The notes under the pieces are model-generated. The model saw only the letters and a list, made by a program, of their open reading frames with translations, was not told the DNA's origin and did not search any database. From Acidothermus cellulolyticus 11B (lineage in GTDB: Bacteria > Actinomycetota > Actinomycetes > Acidothermales > Acidothermaceae): a stretch of DNA of 32,000 nt. Made by a program: the position numbers and the translations under genes. Within the stretch, counting starts at the first letter, position 1, and every line of letters begins with the position of its first letter. Positions 30,968-32,000 of the stretch are shown in pieces. The stretch lies in the NCBI RefSeq assembly GCF_000015025.1, contig NC_008578.1, positions 1,620,001 to 1,652,000 on the forward strand, written 5' to 3'.

Positions 30968-32000
30968 GTGCCGGACTGGCGTCCAGGCGACCGATTCCAA
31001 ATTGCGCTGCTCACAGTGGCGCACGCGGTTCAGCATTTCTCGGCTGCCGTCTTGGCCTTCTCCTATCCGTTCGTCGTGGCGTACTTCCACGTTTCGTACG
31101 CCGTGTTGGGCGTCGTCCTTGGCGTCACCGGAGTAATCGGCGGATTGCTGCAGGGGATCGCGGGACTGCTCCGCCGGATTCCTGCTCGAACCCTGCTCGT
31201 CGGACAGGACATCGGTTTGGCGGCAAGCCTGCTCCTTGGTGCACTTTCCCCGGTCTTTGCGGTCTTTGCCCTCGCCAAGGCATTGGGATCGCTTGTCCAG
31301 TGGCCGCAGCATCCGATCGGAAGCGCGTACTTGTCGGAACGCGTGCCACATCGCCGGGCGTTCGCGCTCTCCTGGCATACCATCGGCGGCAGCATCGGAA
31401 CACTCGCCGTGCCGCTCATCGCGGGATTTGTCACCGCCCGCTGGGGTTGGCGGTGGTCGCTCGGCGTTTTTGTTCCTCCCCTCCTGCTCGGCGCAGCTGC
31501 GCTCTGGTTTGGGATGGATCGCGACGTTTCGCCGTCGTCCGACGACGAAACAGCGGTTCCGGTTGTTGAACAGGGCCGGAATGCGCCGCCCGTCGACGCC
31601 GCGCAGTCACTGGGAGCTGTACTGCGGCGGCCGGCCGCACTCGCCGCCCTGGCCGCCGGGACGGTTGCGGCGGCGGGACGGGGCCTCGGCGTCCTCGGTG
31701 CCTATGTGCCGGCGTTTCTCCGCGACGGGGCACATCTGGGGTCCGTGCTGGTCGGCGTACTCTATACCGTCATGCTGGTGGGCAGCGTCGTCGGACCAGC
31801 TGGCGCGGGCTGGCTCGCGGACCGGGTGGGACGGCGGACCGTGCTGCTTGTCGTCTACCCGGCAGCGGCTCTCTTCCTCGTCCTGTATGTGTTCGTTGGC
31901 GCCACACTCTGGGCACTGGCCGTGGTCGGCTTGTTCGTGGGTGTTTTTGCGTACGCGGAATCCCCGCTCATCCAGGCGCTGTTCGCCGACACGACGGCTG
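30968..32000 (+). CDS. MFS transporter, 3' end outside the window (start uncertain)
   Basis: The frame is open from 30809 to the window end and so is absent from the ORF track. Translation gives hydrophobic MFS-like segments (LLTVAHAVQHFSAAVLAFSYPFVVAYF, GWLADRVGRRTVLLVVYP). There is no in-frame ATG upstream of TM1. GTG 30968 or GTG 30833 are candidate starts. Confidence 0.65.
   Translation, partial: MPDWRPGDRFQIALLTVAHAVQHFSAAVLAFSYPFVVAYFHVSYAVLGVVLGVTGVIGGLLQGIAGLLRRIPARTLLVGQDIGLAASLLLGALSPVFAVFALAKALGSLVQWPQHPIGSAYLSERVPHRRAFALSWHTIGGSIGTLAVPLIAGFVTARWGWRWSLGVFVPPLLLGAAALWFGMDRDVSPSSDDETAVPVVEQGRNAPPVDAAQSLGAVLRRPAALAALAAGTVAAAGRGLGVLGAYVPAFLRDGAHLGSVLVGVLYTVMLVGSVVGPAGAGWLADRVGRRTVLLVVYPAAALFLVLYVFVGATLWALAVVGLFVGVFAYAESPLIQALFADTTA

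Noticed and set aside
30838-31569. Track ORF 30838..31569 (+), 243 aa.
   Set aside because: It is out of frame with the convincing MFS reading frame, which is open from 30809 to the window end. Its translation is Arg/Gly-rich with no TM pattern.

Overview
High-GC Actinomycetota-like chromosomal segment, densely coding, with about 27 protein genes. By hand count of 60-nt lines, GC is roughly 65-78% in most genes but only about 45-58% inside the two chitinase catalytic regions. I recognised no rRNA, tRNA, CRISPR array, transposase or integrase. Left to right: (1) a tightly coupled four-gene MacAB-type export operon: HlyD-like adaptor, ABC ATPase, FtsX/MacB permease and a small membrane-anchored protein. 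(2) A Gfo/Idh/MocA oxidoreductase, a VOC/glyoxalase-fold protein, a lipoprotein, and an AT3+SGNH (OafA/OatA-type) O-acyltransferase. (3) A chitinolytic pair. One GH18 chitinase is split by a 1-nt frameshift. The second is an intact multidomain GH18 chitinase. DasR-type dre-like palindromes lie upstream of both, and their 3' carbohydrate-binding modules are nucleotide-identical. (4) A secreted S53 (sedolisin) peptidase fused to three CWB2 cell-wall-binding repeats, translationally coupled to a GH63-like glycosidase. (5) A minus-strand operon of two F420-type oxidoreductases (LLM class, PPOX class) coupled to a large polytopic GT-C-like membrane protein. (6) An uncharacterised lipoprotein and a DUF1707 membrane protein. 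(7) An operon of a YdiJ-like FAD/Fe-S oxidase, exonuclease III and a GNAT. (8) Two tandem MFS transporters, the second running off the window. I found no clear-cut novel system. The best leads are the mosaic chitinase modules, a possible ydaO/c-di-AMP-type riboswitch-like leader upstream of the peptidase, the F420/GT-C operon, and unusual features of the MacAB-like operon. All family assignments rest on motif recognition by eye, not on database searches. Coordinates of non-ORF features were counted by hand and could be off by 1-2 nt.
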